DNA of 63,921 nucleotides, counting the filler, from Reticulomyxa filosa (taxonomy: Eukaryota; Protista; Foraminifera): NCBI GenBank assembly GCA_000512085.1. It is 19 parts of 19 records of this genome, joined end to end, with 100 filler letters (N's around TTAATTAATTAA, not from the genome) between each part and the next. Parts side by side here need not be neighbours in the genome. Positions count along the whole stretch, not along the records: positions 9,841 to 24,141 come from ASPP01010883.1; positions 24,242 to 26,203 come from ASPP01024206.1; 17 more parts are not named here. The stretch is one strand, 5' to 3'. The notes below the pieces were generated by a model that had not been told where the DNA came from, ran no database searches, and saw only the letters and a list, made by a program, of their open reading frames with translations. Shown piece after piece: positions 13,877 to 26,303 of this stretch; the stretch's first letter is position 1; every line of letters begins with the position of its first letter. The translations under genes were made by a program, and so were the position numbers.

Positions 13877-15242
13877 TGGAGTGTAAAAAAAAACTATTTT
13901 TTTCCAGGTAACTTGTTCACCTACAATGCAATCACTATCAACGCCTTGTCATTTTTTAAGCGTTGACAATAATGTAATCTCAAGTACGACTTGGGAGTTG
14001 TCCTCAGTCTCGCCAACTGCGACACCCCCTCGCCCGGTCTCTTCTTCCTCTGACACAAAAACTCGTAGTCTCCGAAAGCCTTATCACACTATCCGTTTGC
14101 TCAATCTGTCCACCGAGTTTGTTTACGTTTTGGATTCAAAGTATTGAATTCAAAAAAAATAATTATAATAATAGTAATAATAATCGGAAAATTAAATAAA
14201 ATATAAAAACAGAATAAATGATACAGGAAGCGAAAAACAGACGATAACTTCAAAAGATAAAAAACTTGAAGAAAACACAACACAAGAGCGAGAATACATA
14301 TCGCCGACACATTTCAATTTAACAACACCACCGAAAGAGCATGTATTGCACACCCCAAGCGGTGATAACAAACGAAGTATTCGAAAACCTCGAAAGTCCT
14401 TAACTTGCACAAGTTTGTGAATGATTTTTGTTGTTGTTGCAACAAGAAACAAATATTGCAACTAATAAAATAATTAAAAAGACTCGAACCGTGATTCGGT
14501 ATTAACCTTTCATATGCCAAAGAGCAGTAACGAATGCACAGAAAATAGAAACACAAATAATAAAAGTGTAAAAGCATCGATTGGTATGAGTGACAATAAC
14601 GACTTAAACTCAGAAGGAACGGAAATGACAGAGCTGTCATTGCATTCAAGCACCGAGGGCAATGAAAAAGAAACAAAAGTATTGAAAGCCAAAGATTTGG
14701 TGCGAATTTCTTGCAAAAGTGTTAGCAAAATGGCAAAAAAATTTTCAGTTTATGAAATTGTGAGTGTCAATGCCAATGTGGCAATGGATGATTATGCACA
14801 ATATAGTGAAGTGTCTTCACAGCTTCGAAGTTTACAGTTACAAAATGCAGAAATGTATCTTCGAATTGACGAATTAACAAGTGAAAGAAATTATTTAGTA
14901 GAACTGTTGAGAACACTTCAACAAATTGTTCAAGACGCAAAACATTGTTCAGACGTAAACAATCATGATCTTCCATCATTTTGCCTTGCTTTGGAAAATG
15001 TTTTATCATTGTTTGTTGCACTTTCACAAAAAGGTTGGAGAGTTTTTTTGTGTTGGAAACATTGTTTGCACTTGTTCACTTTATTCGAACAGAAACCAGT
15101 TTACAAATATCGAACCTCCGGTATCTCCTGTCTCATTAACTGTGGCGTTTCCATTTATTTTTTCACGATAATTCCTCCTTTTTTTTCTAAAGTTCTTTGT
15201 GTCATAACTTTTCAAAAGTACACATTATTACAAAAAAACTGA
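13877..15242 (+). CDS. Hypothetical multi-exon protein with coiled coil
   Basis: ORFs 13926-14147 and 14514-15242, the latter with heptad segment VSSQLRSLQLQNAEMYLRIDELTSERNYLVELLRTLQ. Boundaries uncertain. Confidence 0.4.
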
Positions 15243-15423
15243 TTGTGATTAATCGTTTGATCTTGAATGCTTTTTTTTATGTTAAGCAAGCAAATAAAAA
15301 TCTTAAAAAAATATGATGAATGAAATATCTCTTATAAACAATTGACAACCTAAAGCAAAACAAAGCAAGAAATTCACCAGTGTATAACTCTTCATATATA
15401 AAAAAAGTGCATGATTATTTAAA

Positions 15424-17673
15424 TCATGCCAAAGCAAGGATGCTATCGATTTCATTTTGTTCAATGAGACCTTTTTTTGTGATTAAAAAAGTCCTGCACA
15501 GATGTATTTGTGAAAGATGAGATAATATGGCTTTGTGACAATCCACGTATAAAAACCGATCATGTGAGCAGCCAGTGGCTTGCATAATTTTTAACAATAG
15601 TGTTTGTAATGTCATTCCGTCTGTCAATCGAACTGCATTGTCGACCCCAAGTATCCTTAAATCGAGGTCTATTTTTTCTGTTTCGTTTTCTTTTCCTTTT
15701 TCTTTGATATCAACAACACGATGACTTGCATCCGTATCATCAAAAGGGTCATCATCACGATCATTATAATAATTGTTATTATCCTTGTTTTTTTTGTTAT
15801 TGTTATCATCATCATCACCGTCATGACCGTCATGACCATCATGATAACCATGATTATCATGATTATCATGATTATGATTATCCCCGTCATCCCAATCAAT
15901 ATCCTCGAAATTGCTATTCTTTTGATTACGTCTTTGTTCGGCAAGCATACTGCAATCGTATGTCACATGTGCGTGACAATCGATATTGGTCAGTAGTTGA
16001 TACAGATCCATTGTTCTCAAGTTGGTCAAAAAAAACACGATCACTTGTCTCCCTCTCAGTTCGCTTAAGCAAGTCCGCACAACATTTGTGTATTCTTTAA
16101 CGTGCAGACATTTCGCAAATACATTTTCCCAAAAAAAGGTTACCACTTGTATGCTGCTCTTTTCGTTTACTATTTAAACGGACATCACACTTTTTACTTT
16201 TTACTTTTTACTTTTTACTTTACGGCTTTCCTCATGCAAACAATTTTTTTTTTTGAAAGACTCGGACACACGCATTAGTGCAGAGGAAGTCAGCACAAAA
16301 TAAGCAAGCAACATGTTTTTGCATTCAAAACTTTCTGTCTTGAACACTTTTTTCACATTCGTCGGGGTCATTGTAATGCTACCATTTCTATCTCGATAAG
16401 CAGTTAGCAAATCCCCGTGTCTGGTTTCTTCCACTCCAATTTCCGCCGATTTCAGTCTCGGAAACTGCGTTTTACATGTGCATGCATATTGCATATTGCA
16501 TATTGCATATTGCATATTGCATATAGCATATAGCAATATACACATACAAATAAATAAATACATATACATATACATATATATATGTATATGTATATGTATA
16601 AGTATATGTATACATGAGTTTCATCATGTTCATGATAAAAGCCTTGGGTTTGTTTTTTAGTATTGTCCTTTGTAGGGTTGCCATTATCGACGACGTTTGT
16701 GGTGTTGGGGGACGTGACATTTGCGGCGGGATCAGGAGACACAGGGGGCAGTTCAAGAACGGGGATGGACACGTGAGACGCATATCCAGGACAAAAGCCG
16801 CACCAAGCGTGTGGACAACAAAGGACGACCACGGAGAGAAGCGGCAGAGGCTCCGACGAGTCACAGCAAGGCTGTTTGGTAAACCAGTACATTGTGAACG
16901 CCGTCATTATCAAAAAATCGTAGAAGAATTTTGTTACGTAATCTAATGCGGTCGGATAGGGACTGTAATATAATGTCTTGTGTTCGTGTACTGTATATAG
17001 CGCGCGAAATAGTCCATAGACTTTTTTTTTTTTTTAAATAGAGAGAGAAAAAAAAAGTTATTTGATAAAATATAACTTACAAAATATACATGTACATATA
17101 CATATATGTGAATTTATTTGTTAGGAAAGATTCACACCTGCAATGACCACTAAAACGCAAATAAACAATAACAACAAATCTAATGTCGTCCTTGCTTTGA
17201 TGAGCAGAGAGATTTTGGCTTGAAATGCACTCGTTTTTGCATCTGCTGGCGCGGTCTCGTCGGTGATTTTGGATTGACTGCTGTCAAATTCTCTTTGCTT
17301 ATCTTTGCTTCTGATGTCACGGCCACTACCACTTGTCTCAAGGCTTTGCTGGCGCACTCCGCTGTCGGACGACGCCTTGCTCACCTTTGGCGCTGTCAAC
17401 GTGCTTCGCGCGTGCTCCAGAGTCTGACTCACCTCTTTGCGCACAATCAACATGCAATACATTACCAAAAAGCATCCGCATATAAAGTGGAGGTTTTGGT
17501 ACGCGTAATAGATTACTGATATCGCAAACAACGGCTTATGTGGCAATGAAAAGGACACAATATAACATAATGACACCACAACAAAATGAACCACCACTAA
17601 TATCAAAAATGGTCTGGTAAACAATTTCGGTGGTTCTTTCTTTTATATAATATATACATATATGCATATATAC

Positions 17674-17705
<32 letters not shown>

Positions 17706-18263
17706 ATATATATGTATATATGCATATATGCATATATGTATAATATTATATCTGCGTATAACAACACTTTTGTTTGTAATTTTTTTACCAAATGTGAACG
17801 CTTTTTAAATAGAATACGGATCGATTCCACAATTACGTAATATGACGCCCACACGCACGACACGATTGAAAAAAATACACTCAGGCGCAGCGCGAGTATC
17901 AATGGACGGTCGAATGCTAGCACGTTTCGCAGGTTTTACAATTGCAAATAGTAGGTGGTCAAACAAACATATTATGATAACACAAACGTTGGGATATTTT
18001 AGATATTGCTTTTTTTTTTTTTTTTTTGGGTTGTTGTTGTTGGGTCCCACAAAACGTTTTTCGTAGTGAGCTACGAGTAGCATGTGGTTTATTGACGCAA
18101 AAAACGCGTAGAAAAAGTTGAATAAGCGGTGCTTCGTTTGTGGCTGCTCCTGAACGTTCGAGACACATAGCTGTTGCAAATCGATTACAAAGAGTAGGAT
18201 AATTAAGCTGGCTCCTGTCAAATATAGTGGTGCAGGAACATCCGGATCTACCATTAACGGCAT
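15424..18263 (-). CDS. Seven-TM (GPCR-like) protein fused to C-terminal degenerate HAD-like domain
   Basis: Six exons join in frame through GT-AG introns 17917-18055, 17640-17767, 17021-17137, 16465-16613 and 16170-16223. Seven hydrophobic helices, then VVTFFWENVF / VIVFFLTN / FLYVDC motifs. Confidence 0.65.
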
Positions 18264-18507
18264 TGTTTTTTTGTTTTGTAGCGTGCACAAGAAATTTAAT
18301 TTGGGTAGAGGCAAAACGTGCCTTGTTTTTTTTTACTCCTTTTAAAGTAAACTGTATGGTTGCAGCTTTAGCTTTAATTTTTTACTGAAATCTTTCGTAC
18401 AACAATCGAGAAAATCCAAATCTGCCACTTGTTAATATTAACAGCAAACATTTATCTTGTTTCTTTTTCCTGTTCCCCCTTTGTTGTAACTTTTCCGTCC
18501 AAACAAA

Positions 18508-20424
18508 ATGGCCAAATCGACCCAAACAACTTCCATTCCTCCGAGTGATCGAATTTCTCGCAAGTCATGGTCCAAATTAAAAGAAAAAGTCAGTTGTGTT
18601 TGTGTATGGCAATGTTAAAGATAAGAAGTGACAACGTAGGGAGGGTGAAACAGCTGGCGAAGATGGGGCGTGAGATTGAGAGAGTAGAATACGATATTGA
18701 TAGCATTTTTAGATGCATGAGTGTTTATTTTGAAGGAAAGCAAAGCAGTTTCTGTGAGTACAAGCAAATGTATGCAGAATACTTATCCAATCATTATAAA
18801 TCTGATGTGTGGATTCAACAGTTGTATGAGCAAAGTAAAGTAAACGTGCCAATCGAAGAATACATAGACTTTCTAAAACAAAGCAATGCCAGATATCATC
18901 GTGCTATTCATGCATTTGGCAATGATATGGATCTAAGTTTGCTAGCACGAATTCATGGAATTGATATCAAAATCTATGATGCACAAACGTTGCAAATTCG
19001 CTGCATTTCAGGCAAAGTGACAACCAGCCATTGCAATGTCATGGAGTTGGCATGGAATCGAAGTCATTTTGGTTTAGTCAAAGTAACCTCTATTCCCATG
19101 GTGTGTTATTTTTTGTTTATTTGTTTTTTAACTTTCGTATTACACTTAACAAAAACACTTCAAAAACGTCACCGAACTGTTTTGACAAGGACCCGAGAGT
19201 ATACGAGTGCGAGCCCTTATCACCTCAAACAAAGACAACCAATAAAACACAGTTTCATCAAACACATTATTTTTGCTTAGAGATTTTTCTTTTGAAAATA
19301 AAAAAAAAGATTGGTTGACGTTTCGAGTGTTCTTGTTTTTTTTTTTAAAAAAAAAAGTGGTTGATTATTCTTTTGTTATTGTTTGACAAAAAAACAAGAC
19401 TTTTGACATCCTTGGAGATGGAGGCTGATGAAGATAACTTGCTGGTACAACTGCAAAGTAGGGACAAGAATCAACAAAAGCTTGAAGTGTACTTGACCCA
19501 GAGAGTGAGCAATTTCATCCAAAACATGAAAAAGCACAACACGAACATGACACATGCACAGTTTCAAGTATTGGAACGAGCATGTTATGTATGGAAGCAA
19601 AGGTCAATCCACACCCATCAAGTGTACTTGTTTAGCAACAGAACGAACTCAAATATGCAGAATTTGTATCCAATGTTTGCAAAGTTACAAATGTTGTTCA
19701 AACGCTTGTTATCTTATGTGAGTGTACACTATAAATATATAATATGTTTGTGGAATGCACCGTTTGTCCAAGGCGCGCACATCACGAGAGTCAAAACGAA
19801 AAAAAAGAACAAAAAAATAAAGATTCGCCACATCGTAAAACGAAGAAAGTTGAAACAAAACACAGCGATGACGAGAAGATGGCGACAGAGAGCAACGAAC
19901 AACACAGTCTTGAGAAGATATTACTCAAAAAGACACAAATTCATCAAGACATTGCCCAAGAGAGACAGAAAATGCTACATTTATTGAAAGAGCTATCCAA
20001 GCGAAATGTGCCCAGTTATCATTCCAGTATTACATCGATATGCCAACAGTGGTCTTGTTATATCCATCACTCTCATCAGGCCAAACGTCTCAACCAGGTG
20101 GCTGACAACGTTGCCGAAATTGAGGAACATTTTAACTTTGGTTTGTTTGTGTTTTGTTTTAGGTGATACAAAAATATCATAGATGTTGTGTGGCTGTCTG
20201 CTTCAGTTAATTCAGCGACTAATATGTTGCGGTCCGTACCATCGTTCTCTCAATATGAATGGAATGTATGGCCTGATCAATGGAAGACAAAATGTGTTAC
20301 CGCAGATCAAAATGCCTTGGATCTCTATCAATGGTGTCAAATGCATTGCACAAAAAATCGCAAAAAAGGTGGCAATGACGAAATTTATGAATATGATATT
20401 TTTAATGATAATTGTGTGTTTTAA
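18508..20424 (+). CDS. OTU-like domain protein (catalytic Cys position is Ser) with coiled-coil C-terminus
   Basis: VEYDIDSIFRCMS matches the OTU DGNCLFRA box. Also FGNDMDLSLLARIHGIDIKIY and LAWNRSHF (His box). Multi-exon. Confidence 0.6.
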
Positions 20425-20932
20425 ATGTTGTTTGCTTGCTAACCTTAAACAATAAGCTCAGCTAAATCGCTGGTTTCCAAAAAAAAAGATTGCAATATAA
20501 TTTTATTACAACTATCATGTCCTGTCTTTGCTTTTTACTTTTCTGCAGAAATACGTTCTACTGTCCAAGGGGGTTGGTAAATCTCGTAAAAGTTCTGGCC
20601 AACAAGTTTTTGTCAGATTCGGTGACACTTGGAAAACTTTACTTTTAGCTAACAAAAAAATTCAGTTTATACTAAGGTTACTGGAGCGTTTTGGATGGCA
20701 CGAGTTTGTTTGTTTTTTTTGCGCGTTGAAAAGACCCCTTTTATCGGTGTTATTTTTAGTTTCGAAAGATCTTTTTGAACTGTAAAACCTTTGAGAACTT
20801 GGCATGAAAAAAGAGAAAATCTCACGATTGAGCCAAAACAAATGAAGAAAAGTCGCAAATTGACAAATTTCAAGTGTCATGAAAATAACCAAGGCATTAC
20901 TTCCTCTCTCCAGACATCAAATAATTGCATTT

Positions 20933-21325
20933 TTAATGTTTTTCTTCAGCTTCGGCTTCAGTACTTGCATCTGCAGATTCTGCCTCTGAATTTTCTGCTT
21001 TTTCAGGCTGGCTTTCTTCAGCGTGGGTTTGTTCCTTTTTGTTTGATTCAGGTTCGCTCTCGTTGTGTTCAGTGCTTTCTTTTGGCTCTTCAGATCCAGT
21101 AGTAGTTTCCTCAGTCTCGGTTTTAGTTTCTTGTGGTTCAGATTGAGGTTGTTCCTGTACCTCAGGTGCAGAACTTTGTCCTTTGATTTTGGCGGTCGTT
21201 CCAACGTCTAACACGTTGCTCTGAGTGGAGCGAGCAAAGAGGACGGAATGTGTCCATGATGCCAAGCGATTTTTATAAGGTGCGCTGAAATGAATGCGAT
21301 TTGGGTGAGTATCGTGAGTGGTCAT
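20933..21325 (-). CDS. Small Glu-rich low-complexity protein
   Basis: Open frame with acidic tail (EVQEQPQSEPQETKTETEE...). May contain an intron. Confidence 0.45.
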   Translation of the reverse strand: MTTHDTHPNRIHFSAPYKNRLASWTHSVLFARSTQSNVLDVGTTAKIKGQSSAPEVQEQPQSEPQETKTETEETTTGSEEPKESTEHNESEPESNKKEQTHAEESQPEKAENSEAESADASTEAEAEEKH

Positions 21326-22759
21326 TTTTTTTATTAATGTATTAGTTAGAACTAAAGTTTTCAAATAAATACTTCTCCTTTCAAACTGCACTCAGTTTCA
21401 CGTGTCTGTGATTGCTGTTATGATGTAATTAGTAGAGGGAAAAAAGGAATGTATCAAATTAAAAGATAAAGTTAAATATAATGCCCAAATTTTAACAACA
21501 AACTTTTTTGTTTTTAAGGAACGGGAGAGTGTTTGTTTAGTCTAAAGAAGGCTGCAAATTTGAGATTATTGTAAAAAAAAATATATAAAACCCCATTAGT
21601 ATCCAATATCAAAGCTGTAGAAGAAATGATTAATAGTTAAGATTCAACTAAAAAATATTTGGAGTTTTGCTGGAGTAAAGAAGAACTAAAAAAAAGACTA
21701 TATTCAAAAAGTTAATACGCGAAAAACTTTTGTTCTTTTTTCGGTCCACTAAGGTTGATATAATCCAAAATGACAAACCTTTTCTGGCAAAAATGCTGGA
21801 CTTTCTTGAAAAGGTATGTAAGATGTTTTATTTTTGTGACGGTAACACGACTGAACTGAAGAAAATGATGTAATTTTTTTAGAAAAAAATAAGTTAAACT
21901 GGCCAGATTGATGTGAATTTTTTTTTGTTCTTGAATGGTATGTGTTGACTAATAATAATAATTTTTATGTGCATGTTATAAATAGTTGAAAGATTACGCG
22001 ATCATTTGCACTATTTTATCCAAATAAAAATATAATTTGTACAACAGATCACAAAAAATGTAATTTTCACAAGTGATCAGTTTTATTTAAATTGTTTATC
22101 ACTCAATAGAAATATTTAATCTTTTAATGTATATCTTCACTTAGATTAACTATGAATTTTATATAAAATAAATGTCATATACAAATGATTAAATGTATCT
22201 TAGTTTTAAAAAAAAATAAAAAGTATTATACATAAAATTATTTGATTAAATTGATTAATTTTCAATAAAGAGATTTTCCAAAAGTTGATATATTATTTGT
22301 GATAAACAATAAAAATAAAATATATTTTGACAAATGAGGAATTTATGAGTGTGTTTTGTGTCAAAGTATTAATGAATGATCGTCTAAACAAAAGACGACG
22401 ACAACGACGTTGTCAAAACTAAATAGCGTTTCTTGTGTCGAGGATAGTCCGATCATTATTATGCTAAGCGACAATGATGGCTAACAGTTTATATTTTATA
22501 TATTTAATGTAGTGAATTACAGTGAAATTTCAACCTTCTTATCATTGTTCAAGTATTAAAATGTTGAGGATTGGAACACTCTAGGTGAAAAGAGTTATCT
22601 AAAAATAATAAACTGTTTATCATGTTACGCTTTGCTGTTGTAATATCAGTATGACTTTGAAGAGTTTCCTTGAAGTCGAAAAGGATGAAATTTTTTTACT
22701 ATAGATTAGTTGCCACTGTGGAAAATTATGATTTGACTTTATCCAAAATCTTGTTATAA

Positions 22760-23350
22760 TACCTTAACTTGTCTTCTTTTGGTATGTAAAGTTTTTTTAA
22801 TTACTCCTTCTTTTTCTCCTTCTCTTTCTCTTTCTTTTTCTTCTTCTCCTTCTTCTCCTTCTCCTTCTTCTCCTTCTTCTTCTTCTTCTCCTTCTCCTTC
22901 TTCTCCTTCTTCTTCTTCTCCTTTTCCTCATCCTATTTGTTCGTCTTCTTTTGTTTTTTCATCTCTTAACCCTTCTCTATTCTTTCTTTTCGTCTTCTCA
23001 TCTTCGATCTCCTTATTGTATGCTGCGATCAACCGTGGCTTCAACTCTTCCATTTTCAATATTGCATTCTTCAGTCGTCTCATGTTCAACTGCTTCTCCT
23101 TTGCGTACTCTTTCATGTTGTAACTGCTGTGGTTCTGCAACGCTGCTATCAACTGCGAAAGTCGCATCAATACAACGTATGCGTGCGGCGCATTCGCTTC
23201 GCCCATTTTTACCAGGTCCGACGATTCATGGAATAAATTGTGTGCTTTCTTGTAGTATGTCTCCAAACGGATCGTGTTCGATATATTCGGTTCTGGACAA
23301 TACTCACTCACCAAATTTCTCACAAAATCTTCCCCGCTTTTAAACTTCAT
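22760..23350 (-). CDS. USP8-dimerisation/AMSH N-terminal (MIT-like) domain protein, truncated or pseudogenised
   Basis: IRLETYYKKAHNLFHES..GEANAPHAYVVLMRLSQL..LQNHSSY motif. In-frame TGA at 22928-22930 lies inside a GGA/GAA repeat, and no JAMM or USP domain follows. Confidence 0.6.
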
Positions 23351-23550
23351 GATCACAAATCTTTACGCAAGAATTTGCCAAACAATCCGAGCCTTTTTTT
23401 TTTTTTTTTAAATTACATATTAAAATGGCCCATTGTTTTAATAAAGAACTTGACAACGAACAGGATATTTCTACAATTTTTTGGTAAGAAAATTTATACT
23501 GCAAATACTACTTTCAGATTGTATCAATTTCACAAAGATTAACATACCAT

Positions 23551-23690
23551 TGTGGGACGTCTGCTGATAAGAGACTATACTAAATGTAATACGAAAAAAA
23601 GATATTTGTTTTCGACAAAACAAAAAGTAAATTAAGTAAATGGAAGATAAATAAAGATAACAAATAATAATAAAGAATAAAGAGTAATGA
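23551..23690 (+). mobile_element. 3'-truncated solo-LTR-like copy
   Basis: Starts TGTGGGACGTCTGCTGATA...ACTAAATGTAATACGA, shared with the copies at 25123 and 44054. Confidence 0.6.
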
Positions 23691-23945
23691 ACCGTTTACT
23701 TGTGAAAAACTGATGTAATGTTTGAAAGCCAGATTTGACTGATGGAAGATAAGCAAAGGGATTTCATGTGTAAATTTTTTATTTAGTGTCATTACGAATA
23801 CATTGCAAAGCAACAAGATTGAGTTTCATGACAAATAAGAGATTGCAAAGCCAAAACTCAAAAAATGAAAAGTGGAATACTTTTAACGAAAAATTTCAGA
23901 AATTTTTCTTTAATTTGCTTCAATTCCTTTTTTTTTCAATTTTAT

Positions 23946-24141
23946 TATAAAGTAGAATGCAAAGTAAAGTTGACACATAAGACGGCACATTACAGAGGTA
24001 ATTGATTTTCTACATGAAAAAACAACATTCAGACCTAATTTTTTTTATTTTAAAAATATCTACAAATCACGTACTTTTTAAATATCATTTTGGTTTTTTA
24101 TTAAATCTTTACTAATTGTTTAAAAAATTTGAATTTTATTC
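23946..24141. mobile_element. MITE-like TIR repeat (contig ends inside it)
   Basis: Block TGACAC.TAA.ACGGCACATT...ATTGATTTTCTACATGAAAAAACAACATT.AGAC is shared with 43966-44053. Segment 24075-24141 matches 44313-44379 in reverse complement. Confidence 0.6.
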
Positions 24142-24241
24142 NNNNNNNNNNNNNNNNNNNNNNNNNNNNNNNNNNNNNNNNNNNNTTAATTAATTAANNN
24201 NNNNNNNNNNNNNNNNNNNNNNNNNNNNNNNNNNNNNNNNN

Positions 24242-24660
24242 ATTCGCATCGCCCAAGGGTTTGAAGCGGCATGCGCAATTGCGACACTGTGTGACTGTAA
24301 CGCAAAAAGACACGAGCGTATTGTATTCGACGGCGGAGATGATGATTTAGTCGAAAATAATCAATCGTTACAAAAAAAAGATTGCACACACGGCGGTGGA
24401 CGCAGCGCTGAGCGTGTGCCATTGGGAGAGAAAAGATGTCAACTTTGAACACATCCAAAGTGGAAAGAAATGTTGGCGGCAGATTGGAAGATACTACTTT
24501 GGTTAAAGGTATTGTCATTGACAAAGAATTTAGTCATCCTCAAATGCCAAGACGAATCGAACAAGCCAAGATTGCCATTTTGACATGTCCATTCGAACCC
24601 CCCCTCGTCCAAAGACCAAGTATAATTTGGATATTTCCACCAGCGAGAAGCGTACAACAA
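24242..24660 (+). pseudogene. CCT5: T-complex protein 1 epsilon (CCT5) degenerate fragment
   Basis: GFEAACAIA and [44 protein letters not shown] are CCT5-diagnostic. Surrounded by stops and frameshifts, ending abruptly in AT-rich DNA. Confidence 0.8.
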
Positions 24661-25122
24661 TGTATTTAAATTATTTTTTTTAAATTATTGAAGCAATGAT
24701 AGTTTTTCATTAACTTGCATACATAAATAAAATCATTTGAAATAAATAGAAAATTATGAAATTGAAAATTTGATTGTGTTACTTCTAAATAATTTCTATT
24801 CTTTGTTTAAAAAAAAAAGGATTTTTTTTGTAGGACGTGGTATTACAAAAAAAAAAGTTTATGTCATTGCAGTAGAAATGAAGAAGCGGTGCAAATATAA
24901 CAACAAAAAGGTGCTTAAAAAGAAATTTTTTTGTAGAGTTTGACAAGGTATTGTCCGAAATATGCCATTGTACAACCCTAGCAAGTGTAAGGGTGAACTT
25001 ATTTTACTTCAGGTTTGCATCAGTCGCATTTATACATTTTCAGATAATTTAGATGTATGATTGCTTTATATCAAATTTTTGTGCCTTTGCATTCTATTCA
25101 ATATCTACAAAATCCAATAACA

Positions 25123-25342
25123 TGTGAGACGTCGTCTGCTGATAGTGTTGGTGCACAAACTGTAATACGAGAGGTGCTTACTAAGAAGAGAATAGAGGTT
25201 TTCGTAAAATGAAAGTAGTTTAAATAATAAAACAAAATAACAAAAGGAAAGTAAGAAGTAGGTTTGTTGAGGATGTTTAACCTACTGGGGACTCCTCCGC
25301 TTCCTTGACGTTCAGATACTTATAATATGGACTTGCCCTACA
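25123..25342 (+). mobile_element. Solo LTR (220 bp) with 4-bp TSD AACA
   Basis: aaca|TGTGAGAC...CTTGCCCTACA|aaca, internal AATAAA, homologous to 44054-44276. Confidence 0.8.
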
Positions 25343-26122
25343 AACACTCATCAAATAAATTCGATAAAGTGTATTATCAAATTTTTGGTTTAAATTCACT
25401 AAGCAGAATATTGAACACATTAACCAAATGAAAAACTTATTTTGATTTTTATTCAAAACAAAAAGTACGTTTCCATTTTCAGGATGAATATCGAAAGTCA
25501 CAATGTTAAGGTAAGAATTTTTCTTTCAGCCTTTTAAATCAAAAATAGAAGGACGAACTAAAGTTACAAAAAAATTCCACTCTAATTTAGAAAAATTTTT
25601 GCATGTAAAATGGCCCTGCTGTTTACTCCAATGTTATCCTTTCTATTGCACAAAAAAAGGGAAAAAATTAGATCTAATCATATCAATGTTGCAAACGGAA
25701 AACGCAAAATAATAAAAAACTTGTCTAGTTTAGATGATAAATTCTTTTCTCAATGATCTCTTCAAAACAATACGCGATTTAAAACAAGAAATAAATTCAT
25801 CCAAAAGTTGTGTTAGACTACATTTTCTATTTCAACATCGAACTATCCTTTTTGTTTTTAGACATTCTTAAAACTATAAAAGGGGTTGAAAAAAGTTTGG
25901 TAGAAAATTTTTTGGAAAAACAAATTGTGCAATATACATGCTTTACTCAATTTTGGATAAATTTTTTTAAAATTCCTTCATTGAAAGAATTCACGTCTAT
26001 TGCTAAGCCCCATTTTTATATTGAACCCCTTTCATTGCTCTTGAGAAAAAAAAAAGGCTCGATCATCTTTCATTTTACATCATCAAAGACCATATTAAGC
26101 AAAAGAACAAAAGAATCGAAAA

Positions 26123-26170
26123 ATGACAACTCTTGGCAATGAGAAGCGAGCTTTAACAAAGCCAACATTG
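26123..26170 (+). CDS. Leader exon of a box-WD40 family gene (remainder beyond contig end)
   Basis: MTTLGNEKRALTKPTL|gtaatc, phase 0. Resembles first exons MNLVNEKQTSIQITL| (48693-48737) and MTNVIKKKQISTQLFL| (47146-47193), with a similar upstream CATCAT..AGA motif. Confidence 0.55.
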
Positions 26171-26303
26171 GTAATCTTTATTGCAAGCTTTCAAGTTTTT
26201 TTTNNNNNNNNNNNNNNNNNNNNNNNNNNNNNNNNNNNNNNNNNNNNTTAATTAATTAANNNNNNNNNNNNNNNNNNNNNNNNNNNNNNNNNNNNNNNNN
26301 NNN

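Noticed and set aside
14475-14550. GGTTCGAGTC T-loop-like motif suggesting a tRNA
   Set aside because: No acceptor, D or anticodon stems can be formed around it.
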